DNA from: Malacoraja senta
Taxonomy: Eukaryota
Direction: 5' to 3'
Length of the DNA: 64,000 bases
NCBI GenBank assembly: GCA_038087875.1
Contig: CM075992.1
Location: 12,526,001 to 12,590,000, forward strand
Under the pieces are notes generated by a model. The model saw only the letters and a program-made list of their open reading frames with translations, was not told the origin of the DNA and did no database searches. The position numbers and the translations under genes were made by a program. Within the stretch, counting starts at the first letter, position 1. Each line of letters starts with the position of its first letter. Positions 62,335 through 64,000 of the stretch are shown here, piece after piece.

Positions 62335-62565
62335 GCCCCGACCCGAAACATCACTGCTCCTTCTATCCAGAGACGCTGCCTGACCCGCTGAGTTACTCCA
62401 GCACTTTGTGCCGGTCTATCTGTCCCATAATATCGTGACGGCTGTTTCAACCCCGGCACCGTTCATACAGGTAGACACAAAATGCTGGAATAACTCAGCG
62501 GGTCAGACAGCATCTCTGGAGAAAAGGCAGAGGTGACGTTTCGGGCCGAGATCCTTCTTCAGTTA
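62335..62565. mobile_element. Two solo Penelope terminal-repeat fragments in inverted orientation (+ 62335-62412; - 62470-62565); others at ~59990-60075 (+) and ~61045-61135 (-)
   Basis: CCCGAAAC(A/G)TCAC...CCAGAGA(C/T)GCTG.CTGACCCGCTGAGTTA.TCCAGCA on both strands. Confidence 0.8.
62532..62563 (-). ncRNA. Second minimal hammerhead motif (intact GAAACGUC, weak stems I and II)
   Basis: Minus strand CUGAAGA-A-GGAU-CUCG-GCCC-GAAACGUC-ACC. Confidence 0.55.
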
Positions 62566-62957
62566 TTACAGCTTGTATTACGGGACCCTTGCGTGTCGTT
62601 ATAATTAGATTTACTGAAGACTTTGATAAGACGGTACCTCAGAATTGAGTCGGGAGAGTGAGTATTGGCGTAGTGAAACACCAACTTTTTATGTCAAATC
62701 AGAGAGGATGCATGAGCAGATTTTACTTTTTAGTTTAAAGATACAGCGTGGCCCACCGACCGAGAAATACATAAATTTATAGGAGGCATAGATGCGGCGA
62801 CAGGTGGGTGAGCGGGAACCTGACAGAGGTACTGAGAATTATGAGATGCATCGATCAGGTAGACAGTCAGAACCTTTTTTCCACAGGATGGAAATGACTA
62901 ACACTAGAGTGGTACGTTCTCCACCAGTCTGAACTGTTGATCCTGTCATCAAGATAT

Positions 62958-63900
62958 AGGTGTGTAGGAAGGAACTACTCATGCTGGTTTAAACCGAAGA
63001 AAGACACACAAAAAAGCTGGAGTAACTCAGCGGGACAGGCAGCGTCTCTGGAGAAAAGGAATAGGTGATGTTTCGGGTCGAAACCCTTCTTCAGACCGAG
63101 TCAGGGGAAAGGGAAACGAGAGATATACACGGTAAGGTAGAGAGGTATAAAACAAATGAATGAAATATATACAAAACAGTAACCATGACAAAGTAAACAG
63201 GCCAATGTTAGCAGTGCGCTATGTGGAAACTACAATATAATTGTATTACATTGTAATTACATTGTAAAAACATACAAGGAATTTGGTTTGCCATACAGTC
63301 ATACCAAAAAAGCAACAAGACTCACAACTACATGAAACTGAACATAAATATTCTCCACGGCGGCTCCTCCACACTCCTCACTGTGATGGAATGCAATAAA
63401 TTTTATCTTCTTTCCACCTTGTTCTCCCGGGGCAGTCCAACCATCCGGTCGGGGCGATCGAAGCTCCCGCGATCGAAGCTCCTGCGGTTAAGCTCCCGAA
63501 GTCGGTCCCCAACCAATGAGACTCAACAAGACGACTTTGAAGCTTGTGCGACTTGGATAGGGGATGGGTGGAGAGAGAGGGAATGCAGGGGTTACTTGAA
63601 GTAAGATAAATTAATATCCATAACATTGGGTTGTAAGCTGCCCGAGCGAAATATGAGATGCTGATCCTCCAATTTGCGTTTGACTCACTCTGAAAATGGA
63701 GGAGGCCCGGGACAGAAAGTTCAGTTTGGGATTGGAAAGAGGAATTAAAGTGTTTGGCAACCGGGAGATCAGGTCGGTTCAGGAGGACTGAGCGAAGGTG
63801 TTCAGCGAAACAATCGCCCAGTCAACGTTTGTTGTTACCGATGTGCAGTATAAGAGTCCACACCTTGAAAAACGGATACCTCGTCCAACCTCATCTACTG
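62958..63900 (-). mobile_element. Penelope-like element 3' part, interrupted by another repeat (~63235-63540)
   Basis: 63550-63890 matches the GIY-YIG tails at 56783-57080 and 51860-52110; terminal repeat 62958-63130. Confidence 0.85.
63064..63097 (-). ncRNA. Minimal type I hammerhead ribozyme motif in a Penelope terminal repeat
   Basis: Minus strand GGU-CUGAAGA-A-GGGU-UUCG-ACCC-GAAA-C-AUC-ACC: core, perfect stem II, 3-bp stem I. Confidence 0.7.
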
Positions 63901-64000
63901 GACCCGAAACGTAACCTCTATACCAGACATAGATTCAATCAGTTCAAACTATAGATAGACCAAAGGGAAAGATAAAGTGCACAATTTGTTCTCAGCATTG

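Overview
Eukaryotic, repeat-dense DNA. The SINE/LINE repertoire and GPR139-like gene type point to a cartilaginous fish (skate/ray/shark); this is inference. Bases 1-22762 are one ~65-bp G-rich satellite array (~350 monomers, nested higher-order repeats) ending at a 200-N gap. The rest is mostly decayed transposons: CR1-type LINEs with an esterase ORF1 tail, L1, Tx1, Rex1/Babar, a Vingi-like piece, tRNA-derived V-SINE-like SINEs, non-autonomous Helitrons carrying tandem arrays, and Penelope-like elements whose terminal repeats contain minimal hammerhead-ribozyme cores. One complete host gene is supported: a two-exon, 321-aa GPR139/GPR142-like class A GPCR on the minus strand (60463-60397 + 56520-55622) with TATA box and polyA signal. 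A candidate orphan terminal exon lies at 26486-26560 (+). No prokaryotic system, CRISPR array, rRNA or true tRNA is supported. TE family names come from recognised motifs, not database searches, and many TE boundaries are approximate.
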